This document shows positions 48,911-59,471 of a stretch of DNA of 64,000 nt, one piece after another. Position 1 is the stretch's first letter, and each line of letters opens with the position of its first letter. A program made the translations under genes and the position numbers. The DNA comes from an uncultured Poribacteria bacterium. Its GTDB lineage: Bacteria > Poribacteria > WGA-4E > WGA-3G. The notes beneath the pieces were generated by a model that saw nothing but the letters and a program-made list of their open reading frames with translations, searched no databases and was not told the origin of the DNA. The stretch is from positions 2,368,001 to 2,432,000 of the forward strand of contig OX638351.1 of assembly GCA_951813565.1 (NCBI GenBank), in the 5' to 3' direction.

Positions 48911-50203
48911 ATGAAACGTTTTGATTTTACCGCTATAGACATTTTTGTTGTGAGTGTTATGCTTTTGCTGATGACATCTCTCCCAAGCATTGCTGCAACT
49001 TTTTCTGGCAAAGTCGTTGATAATGAGGGGAAACCTGTTCCGGGCATTGTTGTGACACTTCAGTCATTCAAAGGCACTTCATTTCCAGACCAATGGAGGT
49101 CCGATCCTGAACCAGCGTTCCCTCCTCCAGTACCAAGTGAGACAGATAACACCGGCGCTTTCTCTATTACGAATATCACGTCACCCTCCGTAAATAAATT
49201 AGTCTTGTTTCCTGAAGGACACGAACCCGATTATGAAGTTATCGGTCTTGAAATTGAGGGCATCCCGTTCTATGTTGACCTGCATATCTTTGATTTTGAT
49301 TTCGGTAGTTTTGCATTTCTGATTGCGCCGGATGCGGATATTACGGACGTAAAAGTTACTGTTCGTCTTCGTATGCGGATCCGTGGACAGGTGCTTTCCC
49401 CAGACGGCACCCCACTTCGGAACGTTCGAGTGAGTTACAAGGTAAAATCACGTTATGTAGGCGGCGGCACCGGTAGTGAAAGCGGATCAATGAAGCTTGA
49501 TGCGGAGGGGCACTTTGTGAGATATGTAGATGAAGCGGGCCATTATACCGTCTCTGTAACATATCAGGGGCAGTCCGCAACGTCTAAGGAGATTTTGCTT
49601 GAAGATAGGCAACGTCTTGATGGATTGGTCTTGACGCTAAAGGGTGAACAGGAAACGCCTACAGAAGTCCTAACGCCACTGAAACCGCCTGTCCCTAAAC
49701 AACAAGCAGCACCAAGGCGGTTCGATCCTGAACGTCAAAGAGCTGCGGTACAGCGGCGTCGCGCTGGCGTATGGATAGTGAATCCTGAAACCCGTCACGC
49801 CTACAAACGAATTTATTGCGAAACCCATGAGGAAGCACAAGAACAAGCGACCGCCGAAGACGCGCATCTCGTTGCCATCAATAGCAAAGCCGAACAGGAC
49901 TGGCTCCGTGCCGTTTTTAGAAAACAAAATTTTTGGATCGGATTGACAGATGGCGAAAAAGAAGGTGAACGGCACTGGGATAACGGTGAACCTGTTACCT
50001 ACACCAATTGGAATTCGCCAGTGCAAACTTCGGTAGGTCAAGACAACGATGCGAACAAGAATTATACTATGCTCATCGGTTTTACAGGAAAGTGGCAGGC
50101 AGTACGCGAAGGCAGTCCCATCGCACGCATGGCAAAAATAGCGATTCTGGAAAAAGAAATGCTCATCGTTGATAACCCGAAGCCTAAAGATGAAAAACGT
50201 TGA
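48911..50203 (+). CDS. Secreted protein: carboxypeptidase-regulatory-like Ig domains plus C-type lectin domain
   Basis: SGKVVDNEGKPVPG; AHLVAINSKAEQDWL, FWIGLTD..KEG...WDNGEPVTYTNW. Confidence 0.85.
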   Translation: MKRFDFTAIDIFVVSVMLLLMTSLPSIAATFSGKVVDNEGKPVPGIVVTLQSFKGTSFPDQWRSDPEPAFPPPVPSETDNTGAFSITNITSPSVNKLVLFPEGHEPDYEVIGLEIEGIPFYVDLHIFDFDFGSFAFLIAPDADITDVKVTVRLRMRIRGQVLSPDGTPLRNVRVSYKVKSRYVGGGTGSESGSMKLDAEGHFVRYVDEAGHYTVSVTYQGQSATSKEILLEDRQRLDGLVLTLKGEQETPTEVLTPLKPPVPKQQAAPRRFDPERQRAAVQRRRAGVWIVNPETRHAYKRIYCETHEEAQEQATAEDAHLVAINSKAEQDWLRAVFRKQNFWIGLTDGEKEGERHWDNGEPVTYTNWNSPVQTSVGQDNDANKNYTMLIGFTGKWQAVREGSPIARMAKIAILEKEMLIVDNPKPKDEKR

Positions 50204-50231
50204 ACGCATTAACGTACAAGGAGGTATTAAC

Positions 50232-52070
50232 ATGACGCGTATTATCACAACACACAAACTCGTAGTGTTAGGGGTTTTCCTTTTGTTTGCTGCAACGACT
50301 TTCGCAGCGGAAGAAGTGCCTATAAAACAAGCGTTGAGCAGCTTGTCGGGCAAAGTTGTTGACACAGCGGGGAAACCTGTTCCTGAATTCACGTTCGTTC
50401 TTCAACCGATGCTTGAATTTGATGAACATCTCGTGCCAGCAGATGAGTTTCAAGATTTACCTGAGGGGATGGAAGGTCCAGGGAAACCTCCCGCCATATC
50501 TAAGGTGCAGACTGATTCCGAAGGCACTTTCAAGGTTACCGAACTTCAGCCAGGGTTTTTCCAAATCAACGTTCATTACGATCCGATGCTGGATGCATTT
50601 GACCTATTTGACCCTGAAAATCCGCCGGAAGACGGTGAAATGCCCCCCGAAATGATTCAGAAATTGATGCAGCTTGAGAACCTTGAACCAGCAAAAAAAC
50701 TTATCTCCATTCAATTCGGAAATGTCACCTTTTTACAAAATACAGAGGAACACGACTTCTCTGAAAGGATCACGTTCGCGCTGAAACCGGGTGTGACCGT
50801 TGAAAACGTCAAAATCACAGTCAAGTCGCGCTTGCGGATTAGCGGCCGCATTGTTTACGCCGATGGCACCCCGCTCAAGAACGCGGAAGTAGACCTTGAC
50901 ATACAACATTCAGATGAACGAGGTAGTGACACCTATGGAACCGGCGTTTTTACCGATGCAGATGGGGACTTTACAACATATCAGGATGAACCGGGATATT
51001 ACACGCTTGGTGCTAAATATAAACATTTGACAGCAGGAATAGGCCCTTTTTTAATTAACAATAAGGTGACACCTGATAAACTGGTCTTAAAACTGGATGG
51101 TACCAAAGTTGATATGGTTAAACCACGCCATCCTGATAATCCGCTGGCAAATGATGCTGAAGTTCGCCTTGCTCGCGCGCGATTAGAGGCGCAAAGTGTC
51201 TGGATCGCTAATCCGACGAATGGGCACGCTTACAAAATAATTTCGTGTAGAGATTGGCACGATGCACACCAGCAGGCTATTAGAGAAGAAGCGCATCTCG
51301 TTGCTATCAACGATGAAGCTGAACAGCATTGGCTTGAAGGTGTTTTTGATGACCGATCTTTTTGGTGGATTGGACTAACGGATATGGAAAAAGAGGGGGA
51401 ATGGCAATGGGACGGTAGTGAACCTGTCACGTACACAAACTGGACAACTTTTGAAATCTTTCCCGACAGACTGCCGGACACCCAAAAGGATTACGTTGTA
51501 GTCACACCTCGAGATGGTAGTTGGCAAACTGCTGGTCCTGGGAGTCCACTTTGGCGCATAGCACGACACGCAGTTATTGAAAAAGATGGGTTGCTTTCTA
51601 CAATACCTGCTGAGGCAAAAGATATGGATTTAGACATTGATCCTACTGTCGAATCACCCTTCGGTTTCGGTCCGTATCCACCGATTCCCGACACGTGGCC
51701 AGCTGATGTTGAATATTGGCCCTGTCAATCCGCAGAATTAGAACTAATGCAACGCGTGCGGATAAAACTTGAATCAGAGGGGAAAAATATATCAGGAATG
51801 TCAATGCAAAAGGGATTGGTATATCCAAATTTTCCCGACACTGTTTATGTTGAATGGGCTGAATCTGGCGAATATCTGTCCAGATTCAGTGGAGACCCAA
51901 AGACAAGCCAACGGCTACGAGCCATCATCAAAGCAAAAATGGAACAAGGTAAACCTTTTACGAAAGAGGATGTGCCGGATGACATCAAACTGGTACCTTA
52001 TGATGAGGGAGGAATTGATCCATACCAATTCTTAGGTTTACAAAGAAATGATGAGTCTGAGGAAAAGTAG
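50232..52070 (+). CDS. Paralogous secreted Ig-like plus C-type lectin protein with extra C-terminal domain
   Basis: GGAGG RBS before ATG 50232; SGKVVDTAGKPVP; AHLVAINDEAEQHWL, WWIGLTD..KEGEWQW. Confidence 0.85.
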   Translation: MTRIITTHKLVVLGVFLLFAATTFAAEEVPIKQALSSLSGKVVDTAGKPVPEFTFVLQPMLEFDEHLVPADEFQDLPEGMEGPGKPPAISKVQTDSEGTFKVTELQPGFFQINVHYDPMLDAFDLFDPENPPEDGEMPPEMIQKLMQLENLEPAKKLISIQFGNVTFLQNTEEHDFSERITFALKPGVTVENVKITVKSRLRISGRIVYADGTPLKNAEVDLDIQHSDERGSDTYGTGVFTDADGDFTTYQDEPGYYTLGAKYKHLTAGIGPFLINNKVTPDKLVLKLDGTKVDMVKPRHPDNPLANDAEVRLARARLEAQSVWIANPTNGHAYKIISCRDWHDAHQQAIREEAHLVAINDEAEQHWLEGVFDDRSFWWIGLTDMEKEGEWQWDGSEPVTYTNWTTFEIFPDRLPDTQKDYVVVTPRDGSWQTAGPGSPLWRIARHAVIEKDGLLSTIPAEAKDMDLDIDPTVESPFGFGPYPPIPDTWPADVEYWPCQSAELELMQRVRIKLESEGKNISGMSMQKGLVYPNFPDTVYVEWAESGEYLSRFSGDPKTSQRLRAIIKAKMEQGKPFTKEDVPDDIKLVPYDEGGIDPYQFLGLQRNDESEEK

Positions 52071-52156
52071 TGTTGTTCTGATAGCTATAGGCATCTACCT
52101 AACGCTTTTTATAGCTGAAAACCAACAGTCAACAGTCACAACAAAGGAGAACTTCA

Positions 52157-55100
52157 ATGAACCAAACACAATCAAAAGAAAACGCGGTGAACCTACCGCC
52201 GCGCATGAAAAAAGCATTAGAACAATACCGAAAACGTGTATGGATAATCAAAATTGCCGAAGGCACTTTAGCAGCAATCTTTGGTCTCATCATTTCGTAT
52301 CTCATCGTGTTTAGTTTAGACCGATTGTTTGATACGGCTACGTTCTTACGTGCGCTCATTTTGTTAGTCGGGATGGTGGGCATGGTGATTTTCCTGCCGT
52401 TAAAGTATTACAATTGGGTATGGCGAAATAGAACGTTAGATGGGATAGCTCGGTTGTTGCAGCATAAGTTTCCACGTTTTGGTGATCACGTGCTTGGCAT
52501 CGTGGAACTTGCGTCGGAGAGGTCAGATCAGTCATCAAGCCCTGCGTTGGTTGCAGCAGCGATGCGTCAAGTTGATGAAGAAGTAGCAAAACACAATCTT
52601 GCAGATGCTGTGCCTAATCCTCGCCATCGTCGTTGGGCGTTGGCAGTAGGTTTGCCTTTGGTGTTGGTCATTATCGGGGTACTTGTGATTCCCGCTACGA
52701 CTCGGAATACCCTCGCTCGATGGTTAACCCCGTGGCGAGACGTGGAGCGATATACCTTTGCGCAGTTGGAAGGTAAAACGGATCGACGCGTGGTCGCTTA
52801 TGCGGAACCCTTTGATGTTGAAGCACGTCTAAAAGACGAATCCCCATGGAAACCCGAGTCGGGCGAGGCACGCTACGCAGACCAGACACCTATAGTTGCA
52901 GAACGAGAAGGAGAAACCTACAAGTTTGAATTGCCACCACAAACTGAGGAAGGAAAAGTCAATCTTAAAGTAGGAGATGCGCGGCGTTCCATTCCAGTTG
53001 AACCTAAATTACGTCCAGCGTTGAAAGAACTTATTGCCAAAGTTCAGCTGCCCGATTATCTACAACATCAAGAGCCACGTATAGATGATGTGCGCGGCGG
53101 AATAGTGAACTTGGTGAAAGGAAGCACCGCCACCTTGGAAGCCACTACGACACGTGAACTATCAGAAGCAACATTAAACAATCGTCCTCAAAAGGTGGAA
53201 GGTGCGCGCGTTATTACCGAACCAATATCAGTAGAGACAACGACAGAGATGCAGTTAACATGGCGGGATCGTTTTGGACTCGCTGTAAGTGAACCACAAG
53301 TGCTGCAGTTTGAGGCACAAGACGACACTGTGCCAACGGTCGCTATAACTAAACTAAAAAATAATCAAGTTGTGCTTTCTACGGAAGTGCTCACATTTGA
53401 AATTCAGGCAGGGGATGACTTCGGTGTAAAGCGAATCGGTTTGGAATGGGAAGGTATCAAAAATCCTATCCAAAACCCTAATCCTGCTATTGGTGAGAAA
53501 ACTGTGTCGTCAGGTTCTCCGACTTCAGAGGCACTCACTGTCCCTGCCACATTTTCTGTTGAACGTGAGAATATAAAACCACAGAGTCTACGTTTGCGTG
53601 CTTTTGCAGAGGATTATTTTCCTAACCGCGAGCGTGTTCAGTCTCCCCAGATTGTGTTACATGTATTGACGCCTGCCGAACACTTTAAGTGGTTAATTGG
53701 ACAGATGCAGCTATGGGCAGGCGCGGCAAAGGATGTCCACGACAAAGAATTGCAGTTACATCAAACCAACCTTGAACTTCAAGACCTGTCTCCTATGGAA
53801 CTTGACGATCCAGCACAACGTAAAAAACTACAGAATCAAGCCTCTGCAGAACGCGCTAACGCAGCAAAACTTGATAGCCTGATTCAAAGCGGTACGGAAT
53901 TACTGCAGGAAGCAGCGAAAAACAGTGAATTTGATGGAGGTCAACTTGAATCGTGGGCTGAAATGCTCAAACAGTTGGAGGAGATAGCAGGGAAGAAAAT
54001 GCCTTCTGTTGCGAATTTACTTGCACAAGCGTCCGAAGCACCCGGTCAGAGTAGTAATCAGCAGCCGACAGCCGGCAGTCAACAAGATGCTCCACCTTCA
54101 ACAACCGATAGTCAGCGATCAACACCTAACAATCAGTCAAATAGCAAACCCGGTAAATCGGAAAGCGATGTTGAGAGATATGGTCCCGATAGTAAGAACA
54201 TTCCTAATACAGCAGACGAAGAAACGCCGGATGATCCAAACAAGTCCGGTGATTCTGTCGGCGCGGATCGGAGCAAACCAGCAGAAGGTAAGCCAAGTTT
54301 TACACCTGCGAATCCCACACCGAGCGTTTCCGATGTTGAATCAGGATTTAACAAGGCTGATAAACCTCCAGAGGGACAACCTTCACAAATTGTTGGTGGA
54401 CTCGGAATTCCTACCACTATCCTGAAGGGAAGTGGTAGAAACGATCAAGCCCAGGATCAAGACACCGAAACGCCTCAAGCGTCAGAACTTGTCTTAGAGG
54501 CAGTCGAAGAGCAAAAGGAATTGTTGGATGCGTTTGCCAAATTATCAGATGAAATGAAAAAGCTGCTTGTCGGTTTTGAAAACAGCACATTCGTTAAACG
54601 TTTGAAAGCAGCATCTCGAAAGCAGATTGACATTGCGATAGACCTTAATGATCTGGACAGTTTTGGTTTACCAAACAGAGAAGCGTTCAATCAGAGGGAA
54701 CTAAAACGGTTAGCAACGTTTGAAGAAACAGAGGCGAAAAACGTAACGACTATCATACAAGATATGGCAGCATATACTGACCGGCGTCCTAATGCAAACT
54801 ATTTACGTGTCCTTGCAGAAATGGAGGACGCTTCTGTGTCCAGCCAAATGCGAGATATTGTCAGATCAATTAGCAGGAATTTTGTTGGTCAATCATCCAT
54901 TGATGCGGAATTTTGGGCGGATACACTGGATCGGTGGGCAGAACAATTGGTAGATCCTCTACCTGAAATGCCTCCCGGACAAGGGGGTATGATGGAATTG
55001 CCCAACCTACCACCAGAAATAATTGTGAAAGTTTTACGCATCATCAATCGCGAAATTCAATTGCGGGAAGAAACGCGTGAGGTTGAGCAGGCAAAGAACG

Positions 55101-55597
55101 CTCTCACTGCCGACAAATACTATGAGCGAAGCGAAGCATTAAGCGATACACAATACGAAATCGCAGAAGATACCCACGAAGTAGCGCGGGAAATAAGTTT
55201 GTTGCCCAATGCTAACACAGCACTGATCCGGCAGCAACTCATGAAAGTTTCAAAGGCAGCTGAAGTTATGGATGAGGCAGAATCAATTCTTGCAACACCC
55301 GACACCGGTCCCAAAGCAATTGCAGCCATTTCGGAAGTGATCGAAATTTTGCTTGAAACGCAACGCATGCCAAATGTTCCCGGTGGCGGAGGCGGAGGAA
55401 ATGCACCGGGCGGTGGAGGACAAGCATTAGCGGCAATTGTTTCCGCACTAAGGCTTATGGGAATTGGCGATGACAGTGGAGAAGCCTTTATTGAAAAACG
55501 GTCACCTAAACAGGCAACAGGGAAAGCAGGACGCGTATTACCCGAAGAATTTCGTCAAGGGTTAGACGCTTATTTTAATGCAATAGAAGGACAGTAG
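52157..55597 (+). CDS. Large membrane-anchored coiled-coil protein (DUF4175-like, MoxR cluster)
   Basis: Three N-terminal TMs, DDFGV motif, low-complexity linker, C-terminal LPEEFRQGLDAYF. Confidence 0.75.
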   Translation: MNQTQSKENAVNLPPRMKKALEQYRKRVWIIKIAEGTLAAIFGLIISYLIVFSLDRLFDTATFLRALILLVGMVGMVIFLPLKYYNWVWRNRTLDGIARLLQHKFPRFGDHVLGIVELASERSDQSSSPALVAAAMRQVDEEVAKHNLADAVPNPRHRRWALAVGLPLVLVIIGVLVIPATTRNTLARWLTPWRDVERYTFAQLEGKTDRRVVAYAEPFDVEARLKDESPWKPESGEARYADQTPIVAEREGETYKFELPPQTEEGKVNLKVGDARRSIPVEPKLRPALKELIAKVQLPDYLQHQEPRIDDVRGGIVNLVKGSTATLEATTTRELSEATLNNRPQKVEGARVITEPISVETTTEMQLTWRDRFGLAVSEPQVLQFEAQDDTVPTVAITKLKNNQVVLSTEVLTFEIQAGDDFGVKRIGLEWEGIKNPIQNPNPAIGEKTVSSGSPTSEALTVPATFSVERENIKPQSLRLRAFAEDYFPNRERVQSPQIVLHVLTPAEHFKWLIGQMQLWAGAAKDVHDKELQLHQTNLELQDLSPMELDDPAQRKKLQNQASAERANAAKLDSLIQSGTELLQEAAKNSEFDGGQLESWAEMLKQLEEIAGKKMPSVANLLAQASEAPGQSSNQQPTAGSQQDAPPSTTDSQRSTPNNQSNSKPGKSESDVERYGPDSKNIPNTADEETPDDPNKSGDSVGADRSKPAEGKPSFTPANPTPSVSDVESGFNKADKPPEGQPSQIVGGLGIPTTILKGSGRNDQAQDQDTETPQASELVLEAVEEQKELLDAFAKLSDEMKKLLVGFENSTFVKRLKAASRKQIDIAIDLNDLDSFGLPNREAFNQRELKRLATFEETEAKNVTTIIQDMAAYTDRRPNANYLRVLAEMEDASVSSQMRDIVRSISRNFVGQSSIDAEFWADTLDRWAEQLVDPLPEMPPGQGGMMELPNLPPEIIVKVLRIINREIQLREETREVEQAKNALTADKYYERSEALSDTQYEIAEDTHEVAREISLLPNANTALIRQQLMKVSKAAEVMDEAESILATPDTGPKAIAAISEVIEILLETQRMPNVPGGGGGGNAPGGGGQALAAIVSALRLMGIGDDSGEAFIEKRSPKQATGKAGRVLPEEFRQGLDAYFNAIEGQ

Positions 55598-55634
55598 TAG
55601 ATACACGCCGTGCCGTAAAACAGAGGAGAAACCG

Positions 55635-56579
55635 ATGGCAGATACACAAAAAGGTGCTATTCCGTTTGAGTTATTCGCCAGTTTCAAGAGGATAGAAACT
55701 GGTAATCCGATCATTTCTCTCCCGCCACCTTTCTGGGCGGCAGCAACTCATGCGATTATCGTTGATGGGACAGTCCACTACATCTGGTGTAAACGCGATT
55801 TTGGCGTCCGCTGGTTGATAATGCACGCGACAGCACCTATTAGTGACCTAACCAATATCACGCAGGATGCACGTAATCCTATTCTTGAACCTTCAGCAGA
55901 CGGTTTCGATAACGCAGCGGTTGAGTATCCGTTCCCGTTCCTAAATCCTGCCGATGGTAAGTACTACATGTATTATCGGGGTAAGGGGAAAACGACACCT
56001 GAACAGACCGGTTTGCTTGTGAGCGATGGAGACTTGGGTAAGTGGCAGCGCGTTCAACAAACTCCTGTCATTCCTGCTGATACCGAACACGAAAGGCATG
56101 GCTCAACTCACCCTTCTGTTGCAGTAGATGGTGAGACGATTCATATTGTTTATACTGGTAAGGCGACGCAGTCGTTTGGGGAGGGATTGACGATGTGTCA
56201 CGCGACTGCACTAACAAGCGATCCAGCGTTCATTACAAAAAATCCTGCTAATCCCGTTTTTACAGGAAGTGGGCAAACGTGGGATAGTAAAGCCGTTCGT
56301 GAAACCGAATTGTTCAAAGGACCGCAATACTTCCATATTCTCTATGGTGGATTTGATGGGGAAGTTTGGCGGATTGGACATGTACGGACTCGCGATTTTC
56401 GCAACTTTGAACCGAACCCGCACAACCCCGTATTCACACCATCTGACGCCCCTGAAGCGTTTGATTGTGACGGTGTGTTGACAGGTCAAATTCTTGAAGT
56501 CAATAATACCTATGTTATGCTTTATGCAGGTAAGAAAGGCAAAGAATGGCAGACGGGTTTGGCTACAATTCCAGATTAA
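55635..56579 (+). CDS. Five-bladed beta-propeller glycoside-hydrolase-like protein
   Basis: Repeated NPxL/F and WD/FD motifs, YYMYY.G, IGH..T.D, as in GH32/43/130-type folds. Confidence 0.7.
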   Translation: MADTQKGAIPFELFASFKRIETGNPIISLPPPFWAAATHAIIVDGTVHYIWCKRDFGVRWLIMHATAPISDLTNITQDARNPILEPSADGFDNAAVEYPFPFLNPADGKYYMYYRGKGKTTPEQTGLLVSDGDLGKWQRVQQTPVIPADTEHERHGSTHPSVAVDGETIHIVYTGKATQSFGEGLTMCHATALTSDPAFITKNPANPVFTGSGQTWDSKAVRETELFKGPQYFHILYGGFDGEVWRIGHVRTRDFRNFEPNPHNPVFTPSDAPEAFDCDGVLTGQILEVNNTYVMLYAGKKGKEWQTGLATIPD

Positions 56580-56638
56580 AGTTACAAACAAATATGGATT
56601 TGGCATGAGAAAGAAAAATCACAAGAAGGATTGGAAAA

Positions 56639-57568
56639 ATGCGTTGTTATAGTTCTATGCTAATAATAGTTGTGTGTGTTGGTATGTCCGCATGCCTCGC
56701 TCTTGCAGAAGAAAATGCTGTGAAGGGCGGAACCATCCGAGGCAAAATTACTGACCAAACCCCAAAACAGAACCCAATTGAAGGTGTTAAAATCAATATT
56801 ATTGCATCAAACAAAAAAGGATTCACAGTAAAGACTGATGCCAATGGTGAACATAAACGTACTGGTCTTCCTGCAGGTCGTTATTTTATCAACATATCTA
56901 AAAAAGGGTACTATCCTCGGAATAGAAAACCTGTAACGGTTATTAATGGTAACGATCACTTCTACGAGATTAAATTGCGACAAAAGGACGATAGAGAAAA
57001 ACGTTTTACAGAAGATTTACTACAGCATGTTGCTGAAGATATCGGCAAACGTTACAAGTTGGACGCGTCTATTGTCAAAGAACTTCGCCAATCAATTCTT
57101 CAAGCACTCAACACTGTGATGGAGGAAAAAAACCAAGAACTGAAGGACTTCGCAAAGATAGAAGAATATAACAGCATAGCGTTGATCATAGCGATGTTGT
57201 CACACCCTGATTGCAAATCTGCTTTCGCCAAATACATGACAGAAACGCAAATTCAGGATTATACCAATTTCACCAAAGCACGGCAACAGCAAGTTAGACA
57301 AGCAGTTGTTAATATTATGACAGCATTCCTGGACCAAGCACTTAGTTTGACAGTTAAACAACGCGAAGACCTTGGAAAATTGCTGCTTGACATAATAAGT
57401 GAGAATCAAGGTTTGCCCTTGATGGGCGGTATAATGAATGGACCATTGCCGAAGGAAGTAGGTGATCTGTTACATAATAAATTGCACATATCTCTGGATA
57501 GCGTATTGAACCAAACACAGTCCAAAATTTGGGAAGTGATGATTGATTTTTATGATGAAAAGGGGTAG
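56639..57568 (+). CDS. Secreted protein with carboxypeptidase-regulatory-like domain (possible 5' part of a split gene)
   Basis: Signal peptide; GTIRGKITD...PIEGV, TDANGE..GLPAGRY...KKGY. Confidence 0.75.
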   Translation: MRCYSSMLIIVVCVGMSACLALAEENAVKGGTIRGKITDQTPKQNPIEGVKINIIASNKKGFTVKTDANGEHKRTGLPAGRYFINISKKGYYPRNRKPVTVINGNDHFYEIKLRQKDDREKRFTEDLLQHVAEDIGKRYKLDASIVKELRQSILQALNTVMEEKNQELKDFAKIEEYNSIALIIAMLSHPDCKSAFAKYMTETQIQDYTNFTKARQQQVRQAVVNIMTAFLDQALSLTVKQREDLGKLLLDIISENQGLPLMGGIMNGPLPKEVGDLLHNKLHISLDSVLNQTQSKIWEVMIDFYDEKG

Positions 57569-57588
57569 TTGGTATTGAGGTTTTTGAA

Positions 57589-58269
57589 GTGCCATCGGAA
57601 AATGCTGCTGAGAAGGATGAAATCGATAAGGTCCCTCCAAAATCTCAAAAGTGGATATTGGCTGAAGCAATACTGATGGCACATACTGAACAGTTAGGCA
57701 TGCTCAACGAAAGTGCATCAAAACGTTTGGAACTCGCTACCTATGGTGTGGTCCAACAATATATTGAAGCGCAAAATCGAGACATTGATGATAATTTTAA
57801 ATTTACAGCTAAAATAGGTGCTCTCATGCAGGCGTTCATGTGGCAATCTATATCTCGCGATGAGGCTATTGAGAGGCTTGGAGCCATGAAGAATGAGTTA
57901 TGGGACGAGAGAGGGACGAATAAACAATGGGATAGAATTGAACTGTACAAGATTACTAACCACCCCCTGTACCAACAGACAATCAAAGATGTCCTCTCTG
58001 AAGATGCCTATTTGCAATATACAACACGCCAAGTGGAACGAGAGAATTTCCGCATACAAGCATCGCAGGATCTTGCTCTGGCTTTCATAGATATGATTGT
58101 GCTGCTTAACGAGGCACAGCGGCAAAAAATTAAAATGACAACAACACAGTTAACTATATCCTCATTGAATTATAAGGGACTGCAAATGATGTTTGCTGAA
58201 TTATTCATTAGGATGGACAACGAGATATTGAGTCCTTGGCAGCAAAGTGTATTTAAAGGAGGAAGATAA
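57589..58269 (+). CDS. Hypothetical helical protein (possible 3' part of a split gene)
   Basis: Repeats the HP...Y....R...A....D..L.L...QR motif of the upstream ORF; reachable by a -1 shift. Confidence 0.6.
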   Translation: MPSENAAEKDEIDKVPPKSQKWILAEAILMAHTEQLGMLNESASKRLELATYGVVQQYIEAQNRDIDDNFKFTAKIGALMQAFMWQSISRDEAIERLGAMKNELWDERGTNKQWDRIELYKITNHPLYQQTIKDVLSEDAYLQYTTRQVERENFRIQASQDLALAFIDMIVLLNEAQRQKIKMTTTQLTISSLNYKGLQMMFAELFIRMDNEILSPWQQSVFKGGR

Positions 58270-58271
58270 TC

Positions 58272-59375
58272 ATGGCAAAATATAATAAAGTTACAAGTTC
58301 TGTGATGAACAACCGTATACGAATTGTCGGTTTCATGGGATTTCTGATATTCCTGAGCACGTTTTCCATAAAACCAACCTACGCACAGGATCCAACTCTC
58401 CGCTACGGCACGGGTGTTCCACCAGCGGTTAGAAGCATTAACGACCGTAGTTTGCGATACCTCGCAAATACCCAGCTGAAAGATGGAAGTTGGCCGGGAT
58501 CACCAAATGCCCCAGGAATAACAGGTATATGTGTTATGGCGTTAATGGCAAGTGGTGAAGACCCTGATTATGGTCCTTATGCCACACATATCCGTAAAGC
58601 CTTGCAAAACATGATCGCTAAACAAAACGCCAGAACAGGATACATGGGGACGAGTGGGCACGCGTCAATGTACCAGCACGGTTTTGCTACGTTAGCACTG
58701 TCCGAAGCGTACGGCGCAATAAACGAAGCCCTACTTTGGAAAGATAGTGAGATGTTTGAAGGCCGCAGACGAACCCTCGGTGAAGCTTTAGAGCTTGCTG
58801 TGCGATGCGCGTTGACTGCCCAAGAAAAAAATCCTTGGGGCGCATGGCGATACTCACCACAAGCGCGAGATGCAGACACAACCGTCGCTGGAACCGTATT
58901 AATGGGAATACTCGGTGCAAGAAACGCTGGCATTGAAGTGCCTAACGAAGCTATTGATAAGGCATTGAACTTTTTTCAAACCTGCACAATGCGCGGTGGA
59001 AGTGTCTCTTATACGCCTTCAGGCAGCCACGGCGATGGACTTACTCGCTCTGCTATTGCAACCCTTGTGTATGCAATTGGCAAAAGGAAGGACACACCTG
59101 AATACAAGGCTACTGCCGAATTTATCAAGCGCAGAACAGATCATAATGTAGGTAATCGTTACATGTTTTATACGCAATACTATATGGCTCAGGCACTGTT
59201 TCAGAGCAACTTTGAAGCATGGCAAGCTTGGAATCAACGTACTATTGCGCAACTTCAAAGGATGCAACAAGAAGATGGGAGTTTCAACAGTTCCCACGGT
59301 AAAGCCTATGGAACAGGAATGGCGGTGCTTACCTTAGCTTTGAACTATCGTCTTTTGCCTATTTACGAAAGGTAG
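58272..59375 (+). CDS. Prenyltransferase/squalene-oxidase-repeat protein
   Basis: QLKDGSW, SMYQHGFATLALSE, GAWRYSP...DADT, ARNAGIEVP, QQEDGSF. Confidence 0.9.
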   Translation: MAKYNKVTSSVMNNRIRIVGFMGFLIFLSTFSIKPTYAQDPTLRYGTGVPPAVRSINDRSLRYLANTQLKDGSWPGSPNAPGITGICVMALMASGEDPDYGPYATHIRKALQNMIAKQNARTGYMGTSGHASMYQHGFATLALSEAYGAINEALLWKDSEMFEGRRRTLGEALELAVRCALTAQEKNPWGAWRYSPQARDADTTVAGTVLMGILGARNAGIEVPNEAIDKALNFFQTCTMRGGSVSYTPSGSHGDGLTRSAIATLVYAIGKRKDTPEYKATAEFIKRRTDHNVGNRYMFYTQYYMAQALFQSNFEAWQAWNQRTIAQLQRMQQEDGSFNSSHGKAYGTGMAVLTLALNYRLLPIYER

Positions 59376-59471
59376 TTGACTATCGGCAGCCAGAAAGAGG
59401 AATTTTTGAGATAACATTCCTTTCTGAAAGTCGGCAACCTAATGTTGGCTGCTATAAGAAGGAGAAATATA

